The position numbers were made by a program, and so were the translations under genes. From Escherichia coli (GTDB lineage Bacteria > Pseudomonadota > Gammaproteobacteria > Enterobacterales > Enterobacteriaceae): a stretch of 64,000 bases of DNA. Below are positions 1 through 15,438 of the stretch, in pieces. The stretch is taken from NCBI RefSeq assembly GCF_051903065.1, contig NZ_CP178438.1; one strand, written 5' to 3'. The notes under the pieces were generated by a model. The model did no database searches, was not told the DNA's origin, and saw only the letters and a list, made by a program, of their open reading frames with translations. Numbering within the stretch: the stretch's first letter is position 1; the number at the start of each line of letters is the position of its first letter.

Positions 1-415
1 CAATGTTTACAGCAAACCGCCGGTGAACATTCGCGCGCGTTTTGACGATCGCGGCGATCTGAGCTTTATGCAACGTGAATCCGATGGGGAAAAGCAGCAG
101 CTTTCTAACGACCAAATCGATTTATACCGTTATCGTGCTGATCAGATCCGCCAGATTAGCGATGCCTTACGTCAGGGGAGAGTCGTGCTGCGCCAGGGGC
201 GCTGGCATGCGATGGAACAGACCGTGACCACCTGCGAAGGGCAAACCATTAAACCTGATTTAGATTCGCAGGCGATAGCGCATATCGAGCGCCGCCAGAG
301 CCGCTCTTCTGTTGATGTCAGCGTGGCATGGCTGGAAGCGCCCGAAGGTTCGCAATTACTGTTAGTGGCAAACTCTGATTTCTGTCGCTGGCAACCCAAC
401 GAGAAAACGTTCTGA
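1..415 (+). CDS. yjaH: C-terminal part of DUF1481 protein YjaH (5' end lies outside the window)
   Basis: Open frame running from the window edge to the stop at 415; position upstream of zraP matches the K-12 order hupA-yjaH-zraP. Identity by synteny, not by confident sequence recall. Confidence 0.55.
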   Translation, partial: NVYSKPPVNIRARFDDRGDLSFMQRESDGEKQQLSNDQIDLYRYRADQIRQISDALRQGRVVLRQGRWHAMEQTVTTCEGQTIKPDLDSQAIAHIERRQSRSSVDVSVAWLEAPEGSQLLLVANSDFCRWQPNEKTF

Positions 416-416
416 T

Positions 417-842
417 TTACCAGTGGCCCATCCCCATATGACCGCCACCACCGCAGCCGCCGTAGCCCATGCCCATTCCGGCTCCGCGCGGAATACCCGC
501 TTCAGCCATCGCAATATCCCGTTTCACCCGTAACTCATCTAACGACTGACGCAAATTCTCCATCTCTTTGGCGACCGCGTTAATTTTGCTGCTATCCGGT
601 GGGTTCGCGGCTAACAGGGCATTGTATTCATAACGCTTCGTCACTAGTTGCTGTTGCAGTGCGCTGCTTTGAGCGTAAAAGTCATTATGGATTTTCTGCC
701 ACGCTGTCTGTTGTTCGCTGGTCAAAGGCGCGGCATTTTGCTGCCACATACCGTGTCCGCCGTGAGCAAATGCAGATGTCGATCCCATCGCCATTGCTGA
801 AAGCGCCATCATCACCAGGGCAATTTTCGTGTTCCGTTTCAT
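417..842 (-). CDS. zraP: Zinc-resistance-associated periplasmic protein ZraP
   Basis: 141-aa product starting MKRNTKIALVMMALSAMAMG (signal peptide) with a Gly/Met/His-rich C-terminus; start codon is CAT at 840-842 on the plus strand; divergent from zraS. Confidence 0.9.
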   Translation of the reverse strand: MKRNTKIALVMMALSAMAMGSTSAFAHGGHGMWQQNAAPLTSEQQTAWQKIHNDFYAQSSALQQQLVTKRYEYNALLAANPPDSSKINAVAKEMENLRQSLDELRVKRDIAMAEAGIPRGAGMGMGYGGCGGGGHMGMGHW

Positions 843-877
843 GGTTAATCCTCCAGTGGTTGTCTTACTTCGGGTAT

Positions 878-893
878 TGCATCTTCCGTGCCA
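878..893 (-). promoter_or_regulatory. Sigma-54 (-24/-12) promoter of zraP
   Basis: Reverse complement reads TGGCACGGAAGATGCA, with GG and GC at the canonical -24/-12 spacing. Confidence 0.6.
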
Positions 894-948
894 ACGATGA
901 AACGCTGATATGACGGGTAATCTGGCATGATAAACGAGTAAAAATGAC

Positions 949-992
949 TCGCCTGCTGCGGGTAGCGAGTCATTTTTACTCATTGAAACTTA
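949..992. promoter_or_regulatory. ZraR enhancer-binding palindrome between the divergent zraP and zraS promoters
   Basis: Near-perfect inverted repeat gagtaaaaatgactcgc ... gcgagtcatttttactc, centred between the two sigma-54 promoters. Confidence 0.6.
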
Positions 993-1032
993 AGCCTTTG
1001 TGTTACAGCGCAGGGTAAGCGCTGATAAAAGA

Positions 1033-1047
1033 TGGCATGATTTCTGC
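1033..1047 (+). promoter_or_regulatory. Sigma-54 (-24/-12) promoter of zraSR
   Basis: TGGCATGATTTCTGC, with GG and GC at the canonical spacing, about 35 bp upstream of the zraS start. Confidence 0.6.
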
Positions 1048-1079
1048 TGTCAGAAAGGGATGAGCAGGCAAAGAAGAAG

Positions 1080-2456
1080 ATGCGTTTTATGCAACGTTCT
1101 AAAGACTCCTTAGCTAAATGGTTAAGCGCGATCCTCCCCGTGGTCATTGTTGGGCTGGTAGGGTTGTTTGCGGTGACGGTGATTCGCGATTATGGGCGCG
1201 AGACTGCCGCTGCCAGACAAACGCTGCTGGAAAAAGGCAGTGTACTTATTCGTGCTCTCGAATCCGGCTCGCGCGTCGGCATGGGGATGCGCATGCATCA
1301 TGCGCAGCAGCAGGCCTTACTGGAAGAAATGGCCGGGCAGCCTGGAGTACGTTGGTTTGCGGTCACGGATGAACAAGGAACAATCGTGATGCATAGCAAC
1401 TCCGGCATGGTGGGAAAACAGCTTTATTCCCCGCAGGAAATGCAGCAGTTACATCCGGGAGATGAAGAAGTGTGGCGGCGGATCGATAGCGCAGACGGTG
1501 AGCCTGTTCTGGAAATTTATCGCCAGTTTCAACCGATGTTTGCTGCTGGAATGCACCGGATGCGCCATATGCAGCAGTATGCCGCGACACCACAAGCAAT
1601 TTTCATCGCTTTCGACGCCAGTAATATTGTGAGTGCCGAAGATCGTGAGCAGAGAAACACCCTGATTATCCTCTTCGCCCTGGCGACGGTCTTGCTGGCA
1701 AGCGTATTGTCATTCTTCTGGTATCGCCGCTATCTGCGCTCGCGCCAGCTTCTACAAGATGAAATGAAGCGCAAAGAGAAGCTGGTGGCGCTGGGGCATC
1801 TTGCGGCAGGCGTTGCCCACGAAATCCGTAACCCACTTTCCTCGATTAAAGGACTGGCGAAATACTTTGCCGAGCGCGCGCCTGCAGGGGGAGAAGCGCA
1901 TCAACTGGCGCAGGTGATGGCGAAAGAGGCCGACCGTTTAAACCGCGTGGTAAGCGAGTTGCTGGAACTGGTTAAGCCAACGCATCTGGCTTTGCAGGCG
2001 GTGGATCTCAACACGCTGATTAACCACTCATTACAGCTGGTAAGTCAGGATGCAAACAGCCGGGAGATCCAGTTACGCTTTACCGCCAACGACACATTAC
2101 CGGAAATTCAGGCCGACCCGGACAGGCTGACTCAGGTCCTGTTGAATCTCTATCTCAATGCTATTCAGGCGATTGGTCAGCATGGCGTGATTAGCGTGAC
2201 GGCCAGCGAAAGCGGCGCGGGCGTGAAAATCAGCGTTACCGACAGCGGTAAGGGAATTGCGGCAGATCAGCTTGATGCCATCTTCACTCCGTACTTCACC
2301 ACTAAAGCCGAAGGCACCGGACTGGGGCTGGCGGTCGTGCATAATATTGTTGAACAACACGGTGGTACAATTCAGGTCGCAAGCCAGGAGGGAAAAGGCT
2401 CAACGTTCACCCTCTGGCTTCCGGTCAATATTACGCGTAAGGACCCACAAGGATGA
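1080..2456 (+). CDS. zraS: Sensor histidine kinase ZraS
   Basis: 458-aa ORF with an N-terminal transmembrane segment, H-box HEIRNPL and ATPase G-boxes (DSGKGI, GTGLGL); the stop overlaps the zraR start. Confidence 0.9.
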   Translation: MRFMQRSKDSLAKWLSAILPVVIVGLVGLFAVTVIRDYGRETAAARQTLLEKGSVLIRALESGSRVGMGMRMHHAQQQALLEEMAGQPGVRWFAVTDEQGTIVMHSNSGMVGKQLYSPQEMQQLHPGDEEVWRRIDSADGEPVLEIYRQFQPMFAAGMHRMRHMQQYAATPQAIFIAFDASNIVSAEDREQRNTLIILFALATVLLASVLSFFWYRRYLRSRQLLQDEMKRKEKLVALGHLAAGVAHEIRNPLSSIKGLAKYFAERAPAGGEAHQLAQVMAKEADRLNRVVSELLELVKPTHLALQAVDLNTLINHSLQLVSQDANSREIQLRFTANDTLPEIQADPDRLTQVLLNLYLNAIQAIGQHGVISVTASESGAGVKISVTDSGKGIAADQLDAIFTPYFTTKAEGTGLGLAVVHNIVEQHGGTIQVASQEGKGSTFTLWLPVNITRKDPQG

Positions 2457-3778
2457 CGCACGATAATATCGATATTCTGGTGGTGGATGATGACATTAGC
2501 CACTGCACTATTTTGCAGGCTTTACTGCGCGGCTGGGGCTATAACGTCGCGCTGGCGAACAGCGGGCGACAGGCGCTGGAGCAGGTGCGGGAACAGGTTT
2601 TTGATCTTGTGCTTTGCGATGTGCGAATGGCGGAGATGGACGGCATCGCCACGCTGAAAGAGATCAAAGCGTTAAACCCGGCAATTCCGGTGCTGATTAT
2701 GACTGCGTACTCCAGCGTCGAGACGGCGGTAGAGGCACTGAAAACTGGGGCGCTGGATTATCTCATCAAGCCGCTGGATTTCGATAACCTACAGGCGACG
2801 CTGGAAAAGGCGCTCGCGCATACGCACAGTATTGATGCTGAAACACCTGCGGTGACTGCCAGCCAGTTCGGTATGGTCGGTAAAAGCCCGGCGATGCAAC
2901 ACCTGCTCAGTGAAATCGCCCTCGTCGCGCCATCGGAAGCCACGGTGCTGATCCACGGCGATTCCGGCACCGGTAAAGAGCTGGTCGCCAGGGCGATTCA
3001 CGCCAGTAGCGCACGTAGCGAAAAACCGCTGGTAACGCTCAACTGTGCGGCACTTAACGAATCCTTGCTGGAATCTGAATTGTTCGGTCACGAAAAAGGG
3101 GCGTTTACCGGAGCCGATAAACGCCGGGAAGGGCGCTTTGTTGAGGCGGACGGCGGCACGCTGTTTCTCGATGAAATTGGCGATATCTCGCCGATGATGC
3201 AGGTGCGTCTGCTGCGTGCGATTCAGGAGCGCGAAGTTCAGCGTGTCGGTAGCAACCAGACTATCTCGGTTGATGTCCGGCTGATTGCGGCGACCCATCG
3301 CGATCTTGCCGCAGAGGTGAATGCCGGGCGTTTTCGCCAGGATCTCTACTATCGCCTGAATGTGGTGGCGATTGAAGTACCATCGCTGCGGCAACGGCGG
3401 GAAGATATCCCTCTGCTGGCTGGCCATTTTCTTCAGCGCTTTGCCGAGCGTAATCGCAAGGCGGTAAAAGGCTTTACGCCACAGGCGATGGATTTGCTGA
3501 TCCACTACGACTGGCCGGGAAATATTCGTGAACTGGAAAACGCGGTGGAACGGGCGGTGGTGCTGCTGACCGGGGAATATATTTCCGAACGCGAGCTGCC
3601 GCTGGCGATTGCCGGTACGCCGATCCCGCTGGGGCAAAGTCAGGATATTCAGCCGCTGGTGGAAGTCGAAAAAGAAGTGATTCTGGCGGCACTGGAGAAA
3701 ACGGGCGGCAACAAAACCGAAGCCGCCCGTCAGTTAGGGATCACGCGCAAAACGCTATTGGCAAAACTGTCGCGTTAG
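2453..3778 (+). CDS. zraR: Sigma-54-dependent response regulator ZraR
   Basis: 441-aa ORF with receiver domain (VDDD...D), AAA+ sigma-54 activator motifs (GESGTGKE-like [14 protein letters not shown]) and a C-terminal HTH. Confidence 0.92.
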   Translation: MTHDNIDILVVDDDISHCTILQALLRGWGYNVALANSGRQALEQVREQVFDLVLCDVRMAEMDGIATLKEIKALNPAIPVLIMTAYSSVETAVEALKTGALDYLIKPLDFDNLQATLEKALAHTHSIDAETPAVTASQFGMVGKSPAMQHLLSEIALVAPSEATVLIHGDSGTGKELVARAIHASSARSEKPLVTLNCAALNESLLESELFGHEKGAFTGADKRREGRFVEADGGTLFLDEIGDISPMMQVRLLRAIQEREVQRVGSNQTISVDVRLIAATHRDLAAEVNAGRFRQDLYYRLNVVAIEVPSLRQRREDIPLLAGHFLQRFAERNRKAVKGFTPQAMDLLIHYDWPGNIRELENAVERAVVLLTGEYISERELPLAIAGTPIPLGQSQDIQPLVEVEKEVILAALEKTGGNKTEAARQLGITRKTLLAKLSR

Positions 3779-5064
3779 TTCTGCTCGCGTTCGATAGCGC
3801 GCCAGCCGATATCTTTCCGGCAGAAGCAGTCGTCCCAGTGAATATCGGTCATTAAGGCATAAGCGCGTTTCTGCGCTTCTGCCACGGTATGACCCAGCGC
3901 GGTGACGCACAGTACGCGCCCGCCGCTGGTCACTACCTGCTCGTTATCCGCCAGTTTCGTGCCCGCGTGGAACACTTTGCCGTCAGCCACTTCTTCCAGC
4001 GGCAGGCCGTGGATCACATCGCCGGTGCGGTAATCGCCCGGATATCCACCCGCAGCCATCACCACGCCGAGAGAAGCACGTTCATCCCACTCTGACGTTT
4101 TCTCGTCCAGTTTGCCTTCACAGGCCGCCAGGCAGAGCTCAACCAGATCGGACTTCATGCGCAGCATAATCGGCTGGGTTTCCGGATCGCCAAAGCGGCA
4201 GTTAAATTCAATAACCTTCGGATTGCCCTGTTTGTCGATCATCAGGCCCGCGTAGAGAAAACCGGTGTAGGTGTTGCCTTCCGCCGCCATGCCTTTCACG
4301 GTTGGCCAGATAATACGTTCCATGGTGCGCTGATGAACTTCATCGGTTACTACCGGCGCGGGGGAGTAAGCGCCCATCCCGCCCGTGTTTGGTCCGGTAT
4401 CTTTATCGCCTACGCGTTTGTGATCCTGGCTGGTAGCCATCGGCAGCACATGCTCGCCGTCCACCATCACGATAAAGCTCGCTTCTTCGCCATCGAGGAA
4501 CTCTTCGATAACGATGCGATGACCCGCGTCGCCAAAAGCGTTGCCCGCCAGCATATCGTGAACAGCCGCTTCCGCTTCTTCCAGCGTCATCGCCACGATA
4601 ACGCCTTTCCCGGCAGCCAGACCGTCCGCTTTAATGACGATTGGCGCGCCTTTCTCACGCAGATACGCCAGCGCAGGTTCTACCTCGGTGAAGTTCTGGT
4701 ATTCCGCCGTAGGGATCTTATGGCGGGCCAGGAAATCTTTGGTAAACGCTTTTGAGCCTTCCAGTTGGGCCGCACCTGCGGTTGGGCCGAAGATTTTCAG
4801 CCCGGCAGCGCGGAAGGTATCGACCACGCCTTTCACCAGCGGCGCTTCCGGGCCGACGATGGTCAGATCAATCTTTTCGTTTTGTGCGAAATCCAACAGC
4901 GCCGGGATATCGGTCACGCCGATAGCAACGTTTTGCAGCGCGGGTTCCAGCGCAGTGCCTGCATTACCCGGAGCAACAAAAACAGTCTCAACCAGCGGCG
5001 ACTGGGCCGCTTTCCAGGCCAGCGCGTGCTCGCGCCCGCCGTTACCAATCACTAATACTTTCAT
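3775..5064 (-). CDS. purD: Phosphoribosylamine-glycine ligase PurD
   Basis: 429-aa ORF starting MKVLVIGNGGREHALAWK (ATP-grasp); its stop overlaps the zraR stop by 4 bp. Confidence 0.95.
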   Translation of the reverse strand: MKVLVIGNGGREHALAWKAAQSPLVETVFVAPGNAGTALEPALQNVAIGVTDIPALLDFAQNEKIDLTIVGPEAPLVKGVVDTFRAAGLKIFGPTAGAAQLEGSKAFTKDFLARHKIPTAEYQNFTEVEPALAYLREKGAPIVIKADGLAAGKGVIVAMTLEEAEAAVHDMLAGNAFGDAGHRIVIEEFLDGEEASFIVMVDGEHVLPMATSQDHKRVGDKDTGPNTGGMGAYSPAPVVTDEVHQRTMERIIWPTVKGMAAEGNTYTGFLYAGLMIDKQGNPKVIEFNCRFGDPETQPIMLRMKSDLVELCLAACEGKLDEKTSEWDERASLGVVMAAGGYPGDYRTGDVIHGLPLEEVADGKVFHAGTKLADNEQVVTSGGRVLCVTALGHTVAEAQKRAYALMTDIHWDDCFCRKDIGWRAIEREQN

Positions 5065-5075
5065 CTATTGCTCCA

Positions 5076-6665
5076 TTAATGGCGGAAGTGGCGCATGTCG
5101 GTGAAGAGCATCGCAATACCGTGCTCGTCGGCGGCGGCAATCACTTCGTCATCACGGATAGAACCGCCAGGCTGGATTACACAGGTCACGCCCGCAGCCG
5201 CGGCGGCATCAATACCGTCGCGGAACGGGAAGAACGCGTCAGAAGCCATCGAGGAACCTTTCACTTCCAGGCCTTCATCGGCAGCTTTAATACCGGCGAT
5301 TTTCGCGGAGTACACGCGGCTCATCTGGCCCGCGCCAATACCGATGGTCATATTGTTTTTGGCATAGACGATAGCATTGGATTTCACGAACTTCGCCACT
5401 TTCCAGCAGAACAGCGCATCACGCAGTTCCTGTTCGGTCGGCTGACGTTGGGTGACGACGCGCAGTTCTTCCGCACCGACCATCCCCAGGTCACGATCCT
5501 GAACCAGCAGACCGCCGTTCACGCGTTTGAAATCAAGACCCGGAACACGCTCGCCCCACTGACCGCAGGTCAGAACGCGTACGTTCTGCTTGGCGGCGGT
5601 GATTTTCAGGGCTTCTTCGCTGGCGGAAGGCGCAATAATCACTTCGACAAACTGACGAGAAATGATGGCCTGTGCGGTTTCCGCATCCAGCTCGCGGTTA
5701 AAGGCAATGATGCCGCCGAATGCGGAGGTTGGGTCGGTTTTGTACGCGCGATCGTAAGCATCAAGAATGGAATTGCCGATAGCCACGCCGCAAGGGTTGG
5801 CGTGCTTCACAATCACACATGCCGGCTCGGCGAACTCTTTCACGCACTCCAGCGCCGCATCGGTATCGGCGATGTTGTTATAAGAGAGGGCTTTACCCTG
5901 AACCTGGGTTGCAGTGGCAACGGAGGCTTCTTTCACATTCTCTTCTATATAGAAGGCAGCCTGCTGGTGGCTGTTCTCGCCGTAACGCATATCCTGCTTC
6001 TTAATGAAGTTCAGGTTCAGCGTGCGTGGGAAGCGACCGGCGGCTTCTTTGCTTTCACCGTGGTAAGCCGGAACCATGCTGCCGAAGTAGTTGGCAATCA
6101 TGCTGTCGTAGGCGGCAGTGTGTTCGAAGGCTTTGATGGCGAGGTCGAAACGGGTTGCAAGCGTCAGCGATCCTTCGTTGTCATCCATCTCTTTAATAAT
6201 TGCGTCGTAGTCGCTGCTCTTCACCACGATTGCGACATCTTTATGGTTCTTGGCGGCGGAGCGCACCATCGTTGGGCCGCCGATATCGATGTTCTCAACC
6301 GCATCTTCCAGCGAGCAACCTTCACGGGCCACGGTCTGGGCGAACGGATACAGGTTAACAACCACCATATCGATAGGCTGGATCTGATGTTCTTCCATAA
6401 TGGCATCGTCCTGGCCGCGACGGCCCAGAATGCCACCATGTACTTTCGGATGCAGGGTCTTCACGCGTCCATCCATCATCTCCGGGAAACCGGTGTAATC
6501 GGAAACTTCGGTTACCGGCAGACCTTTTTCTGCTAACAGACGGGCAGTGCCCCCTGTAGACAGCAGCTCCACACCGCGTGCGGAAAGTGCCTGGGCGAAT
6601 TCGACGATACCGGCTTTGTCAGAAACACTGAGCAGAGCGCGGCGGACTGGACGACGTTGTTGCAT
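5076..6665 (-). CDS. purH: Bifunctional AICAR transformylase / IMP cyclohydrolase PurH
   Basis: The 547-aa ORF contains the PurH sequence from the internal Met [27 protein letters not shown]; start placed at that Met (CAT at 6663-6665), giving 529 aa. Confidence 0.93.
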   Translation of the reverse strand: MQQRRPVRRALLSVSDKAGIVEFAQALSARGVELLSTGGTARLLAEKGLPVTEVSDYTGFPEMMDGRVKTLHPKVHGGILGRRGQDDAIMEEHQIQPIDMVVVNLYPFAQTVAREGCSLEDAVENIDIGGPTMVRSAAKNHKDVAIVVKSSDYDAIIKEMDDNEGSLTLATRFDLAIKAFEHTAAYDSMIANYFGSMVPAYHGESKEAAGRFPRTLNLNFIKKQDMRYGENSHQQAAFYIEENVKEASVATATQVQGKALSYNNIADTDAALECVKEFAEPACVIVKHANPCGVAIGNSILDAYDRAYKTDPTSAFGGIIAFNRELDAETAQAIISRQFVEVIIAPSASEEALKITAAKQNVRVLTCGQWGERVPGLDFKRVNGGLLVQDRDLGMVGAEELRVVTQRQPTEQELRDALFCWKVAKFVKSNAIVYAKNNMTIGIGAGQMSRVYSAKIAGIKAADEGLEVKGSSMASDAFFPFRDGIDAAAAAGVTCVIQPGGSIRDDEVIAAADEHGIAMLFTDMRHFRH

Positions 6666-6939
6666 GGTAAATCCCCTGGATTTGACTATTACAGAGAGCG
6701 TTAGCTGAATTTTTCGCAAAAAACTCAGCTAACGCCCCTAACGGGGCATCCTTATTTTTTGCCCGCATTGTAACGAAAACGTTTGCGCAACGCTCGCGAA
6801 TTTTTTAATTCGATGGCGATCACGATTTTGCCCCCGATTAGCGTGGGAGAAATAGAGAAATAACGCTGATGATTGTGGATAACTCTGTGCGTAAAAAGGT
6901 ATAAAGCGGGGTTTTGCTGGGGAATGCAGCAGTCAGTCA

Positions 6940-6990
6940 TTTTTCTGCAATTTTTCTATTGCGGCCTGCGGAGAACTCCCTATAATGCGC
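6940..6990 (+). promoter_or_regulatory. rrnE P1 promoter with upstream AT-rich UP element
   Basis: -10 TATAAT at 6981-6986, a putative -35 TTGCGG 16 bp upstream, and an AT-rich tract (tcatttttctgcaatttttctatt) just upstream. Confidence 0.65.
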
Positions 6991-7068
6991 CTCCATCGAC
7001 ACGGCGGATGTGAATCACTTCACACAAACAGCCGGTTCGGTTGAAGAGAAAAATTCTGAAATTCAGGG

Positions 7069-7096
7069 TTGACTCTGAAAGAGGAAAGCGTAATAT
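7069..7096 (+). promoter_or_regulatory. rrnE P2 promoter
   Basis: -35 TTGACT at 7069-7074 and -10 TAATAT at 7091-7096. Confidence 0.65.
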
Positions 7097-7136
7097 ACGC
7101 CACCTCGCGACAGTGAGCTGAAAGCCGCGTCGCAAC

Positions 7137-7149
7137 TGCTCTTTAACAA
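7137..7149 (+). promoter_or_regulatory. rrn antitermination boxA in the leader
   Basis: TGCTCTTTAACAA matches the rrn boxA consensus, located between P2 and the 16S gene. Confidence 0.8.
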
Positions 7150-7280
7150 TTTATCAGACAATCTGTGTGGGCACTCGAAGATACGGATTCTTAACGTCGC
7201 AAGACGAAAAATGAATACCAAGTCTCAAGAGTGAACACGTAATTCATTACGAAGTTTAATTCTTTGAGCATCAAACTTTT

Positions 7281-8822
<1,542 letters not shown>

Positions 8823-8907
8823 CCTTAAAGAAGCGTACTTTGCAGTGCTCACACAGATTGTCTGATAGAAAGTGAAAAGCAAGGCGTCTTGCGAAGCAGA
8901 CTGATAC

Positions 8908-8983
8908 GTCCCCTTCGTCTAGAGGCCCAGGACACCGCCCTTTCACGGCGGTAACAGGGGTTCGAATCCCCTAGGGGACGCCA
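8908..8983 (+). tRNA. gltV: tRNA-Glu (UUC) in the 16S-23S spacer
   Basis: GTCCCCTTCGTCTAGAGGCCCAGGACACCGCCCTTTCACGGCGGTAACAGGGGTTCGAATCCCCTAGGGGACGCCA, 76 nt with encoded CCA. Confidence 0.97.
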
Positions 8984-9176
8984 CTTGCTGGTTTGTGAGT
9001 GAAAGTCGCCGACCTTAATATCTCAAAACTCATCTTCGGGTGATGTTTGAGATATTTGCTCTTTAAAAATCTGGATCAAGCTGAAAATTGAAACACTGAA
9101 CAACGAAAGTTGTTCGTGAGTCTCTCAAATTTTCGCAACACGATGATGAATCGAAAGAAACATCTTCGGGTTGTGA

Positions 9177-12079
<2,903 letters not shown>

Positions 12080-12172
12080 ACAACGCCGAAGCTGTTTTGG
12101 CGGATTGAGAGAAGATTTTCAGCCTGATACAGATTAAATCAGAACGCAGAAGCGGTCTGATAAAACAGAATT

Positions 12173-12292
12173 TGCCTGGCGGCCGTAGCGCGGTGGTCCC
12201 ACCTGACCCCATGCCGAACTCAGAAGTGAAACGCCGTAGCGCCGATGGTAGTGTGGGGTCTCCCCATGCGAGAGTAGGGAACTGCCAGGCAT
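12173..12292 (+). rRNA. rrfE: 5S ribosomal RNA (rrfE)
   Basis: TGCCTGGCGGCCGTAGCGCGGTGGTCCCACCTGACCCCATGCCGAACTCAG ... GGGAACTGCCAGGCAT; 120 nt. Confidence 0.98.
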
Positions 12293-12299
12293 CAAATAA

Positions 12300-12335
12300 A
12301 GCGAAAGGCCATCCTGACGGATGGCCTTTTTGCGT
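12300..12335 (+). terminator. rrn operon rho-independent terminator
   Basis: Hairpin aaggccatcctgacggatggcctt followed by tttt, immediately after the 5S gene. Confidence 0.85.
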
Positions 12336-12371
12336 TGGTGAAAAAAATGCCGGATGCGACGCTGGTGAACA

Positions 12372-13120
<749 letters not shown>

Positions 13121-13224
13121 ATCAGCATACTTGTCCTTAGCCTTCTGCAGTGACAGCTGGTAGTACAGCGTGCTTCTGGCCAGCCCTGCAGCCTTTAACA
13201 GGTCAGACTGGCAGTGTCCGCACT

Positions 13225-13746
13225 TCAGGTTCTGGATGACTTTCGTTTTTTCTCCAGCTCCTGGCGCTTTTTTTCCAGGAGATGCTCCTGCATGGCTTTC
13301 AGATATGCATTTTCTGCGCGAAGATAACGCAGCTCATTCTTCATCTCTTCCGGCGTCATGTTTGCCTCGTTTTCATGGGTATCATCAGAACGGGTCATGC
13401 TTTTCTCCTTCCTGCGCCTGATAAAGGCCTCATTACCAGATTTGCGGTAGCCTTTTATCCAGTTTTTAACCATGTTGTGGCTGGGAATGTTAAACCGGGC
13501 AGCTACCCGGGGTAGAGACTCAGAATGCCCGAGAGCATAAAGAACCACGCAAAGTTTATCTTCAGGAGAATAGCTACGCTTGTGTCTGCAATCCAGTGCC
13601 TGAGGACCGTGAAGAAGAAAAAGATTAATCCAGTGTGAGAGGCTGGTGTGAGAAAGTTGAAAGAGTTTTGCCGTAGAAATGATGCCTGCATGACCGGCCA
13701 GGTAATGATTTACAGCGGCAAGTTTTACTTCAAATGAATGTTTCAT
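13225..13746 (-). CDS. insJ: IS150 OrfA (InsJ), HTH DNA-binding protein
   Basis: Product MKHSFEVKLAAVNHYLAGHAGIISTAKLFQLSHTSLSHWINLF... matches IS150 InsJ as I recall it; a leucine-zipper-like C-terminus is typical of IS3 OrfA. Confidence 0.88.
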   Translation of the reverse strand: MKHSFEVKLAAVNHYLAGHAGIISTAKLFQLSHTSLSHWINLFLLHGPQALDCRHKRSYSPEDKLCVVLYALGHSESLPRVAARFNIPSHNMVKNWIKGYRKSGNEAFIRRRKEKSMTRSDDTHENEANMTPEEMKNELRYLRAENAYLKAMQEHLLEKKRQELEKKRKSSRT

Positions 13747-13840
13747 AAACTGCACCTTCAGATGTCAGATTATGTCCAACATTTGGGGTGCAGTTCATGG
13801 CGCGTTTTATCCAGCTTACGCAGGCACGATAGGGGGCAGC

Positions 13841-14284
13841 TTATTCCCCCACATACGCCAGATTCAGCAACGGATACGGTTTCCCCAAATCGTCCACCTC
13901 AGAGCGTCCCGTAACCTTAAAACCCACCTTCTTATAGAACCCAACCGCCTGCTCATTTTGCTCATTAACGTTGGTTGTCAGTTCCGGTGCCATCGAGAGC
14001 GCATGCTCCACCAGCATCCGGCCCACGCCGCAGCCGCGCACATCAGGATCGATAAACAGCGCATCCATATGCTGCCCACTTAACAACATAAACCCAACCG
14101 GCTGATCCCGTTCATTAACCGCGACCCACAACGGTGCTTCCGGCAGAAAGGAACGAACTAGGTCCTCCAGCTCGGTCCGATACTCTGCTGATAAAAAATC
14201 GTGAGTGGCATCGACAGAACGACACCAAATCGCAACGAGTTCCTCCCCTTCCTCATGCCGTGAGCGGCGAATACTAATAACCAT
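13841..14284 (-). CDS. yjaB: GNAT-family N-acetyltransferase YjaB
   Basis: 147-aa ORF with GNAT acetyl-CoA motif (RGCGVGRMLVEHAL); position between rrnE and metA as in K-12. Confidence 0.85.
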   Translation of the reverse strand: MVISIRRSRHEEGEELVAIWCRSVDATHDFLSAEYRTELEDLVRSFLPEAPLWVAVNERDQPVGFMLLSGQHMDALFIDPDVRGCGVGRMLVEHALSMAPELTTNVNEQNEQAVGFYKKVGFKVTGRSEVDDLGKPYPLLNLAYVGE

Positions 14285-14440
14285 TTTCTCTCCTTTTCGT
14301 CATTCTTATATTCTAACGTAGTCTTTTCCTTGAAACTTTCTCACCTTCAACATGCAGGCTCGACATTGGCAAATTTTCTGGTTATCTTCAGCTATCTGGA
14401 TGTCTAAACGTATAAGCGTATGTAGTGAGGTAATCAGGTT

Positions 14441-15370
14441 ATGCCGATTCGTGTGCCGGACGAGCTACCCGCCGTCAATTTCTTGCGTGAAGAAAACGTT
14501 TTTGTGATGACAACTTCTCGTGCGTCTGGTCAGGAAATTCGTCCACTTAAGGTTCTGATCCTTAACCTGATGCCGAAGAAGATCGAAACTGAAAATCAGT
14601 TTCTGCGCCTGCTTTCAAACTCACCTTTGCAGGTCGATATTCAGCTGTTGCGCATCGATTCCCGTGAATCGCGCAACACGCCCGCAGAGCATCTGAACAA
14701 CTTCTACTGTAACTTTGAAGATATTCAGGAACAAAACTTTGACGGTCTGATAGTTACCGGTGCGCCGCTGGGTCTGGTGGAGTTTAATGATGTCGCTTAC
14801 TGGCCGCAGATCAAACAGGTGCTGGAGTGGTCGAAAGATCACGTCACCTCGACGCTGTTTGTCTGTTGGGCGGTCCAGGCCGCGCTCAATATCCTCTACG
14901 GCATTCCTAAGCAAACCCGCACCGACAAACTCTCTGGCGTTTACGAGCATCACATTCTCCATCCTCATGCGCTTCTGACGCGTGGCTTTGATGATTCATT
15001 CCTGGCACCGCATTCGCGCTATGCTGACTTTCCGGCAGCGTTGATTCGTGATTATACCGATCTGGAAATTCTGGCAGAGACGGAAGAAGGGGATGCATAT
15101 CTGTTTGCCAGTAAAGATAAGCGCATTGCCTTTGTGACGGGCCATCCCGAATATGATGCGCAAACGCTGGCGCAGGAATTTTTCCGCGATGTGGAAGCCG
15201 GACTAGACCCGGATGTACCGTATAACTATTTCCCGCACAATGATCCGCAAAATACACCGCGAGCGAGCTGGCGTAGTCACGGTAATTTACTGTTTACCAA
15301 CTGGCTCAACTATTACGTCTACCAGATCACGCCATACGATCTACGGCACATGAATCCAACGCTGGATTAA
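14441..15370 (+). CDS. metA: Homoserine O-succinyltransferase MetA
   Basis: 309-aa ORF starting [28 protein letters not shown]. Confidence 0.95.
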
Positions 15371-15413
15371 TCTTCTGTGATAGTCGATCGTTAAGCGATT
15401 CAGCACCTTACCT

Positions 15414-15438
15414 CAGGCACCTTCGGGTGCCTTTTTTA
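15414..15438 (+). terminator. metA rho-independent terminator
   Basis: Hairpin aggcacc-ttcg-ggtgcct followed by tttttt. Confidence 0.8.

Noticed and set aside
2789-3637. 282-aa minus-strand ORF antisense to zraR
   Set aside because: Shadow ORF inside zraR; Arg/Gln/His-rich translation typical of the antisense frame.
5079-6536. 485-aa plus-strand ORF antisense to purH
   Set aside because: Fully embedded opposite a highly conserved gene; composition (His/Gly/Arg-rich, no recognisable domain) is typical of an antisense artefact in GC-rich coding DNA.
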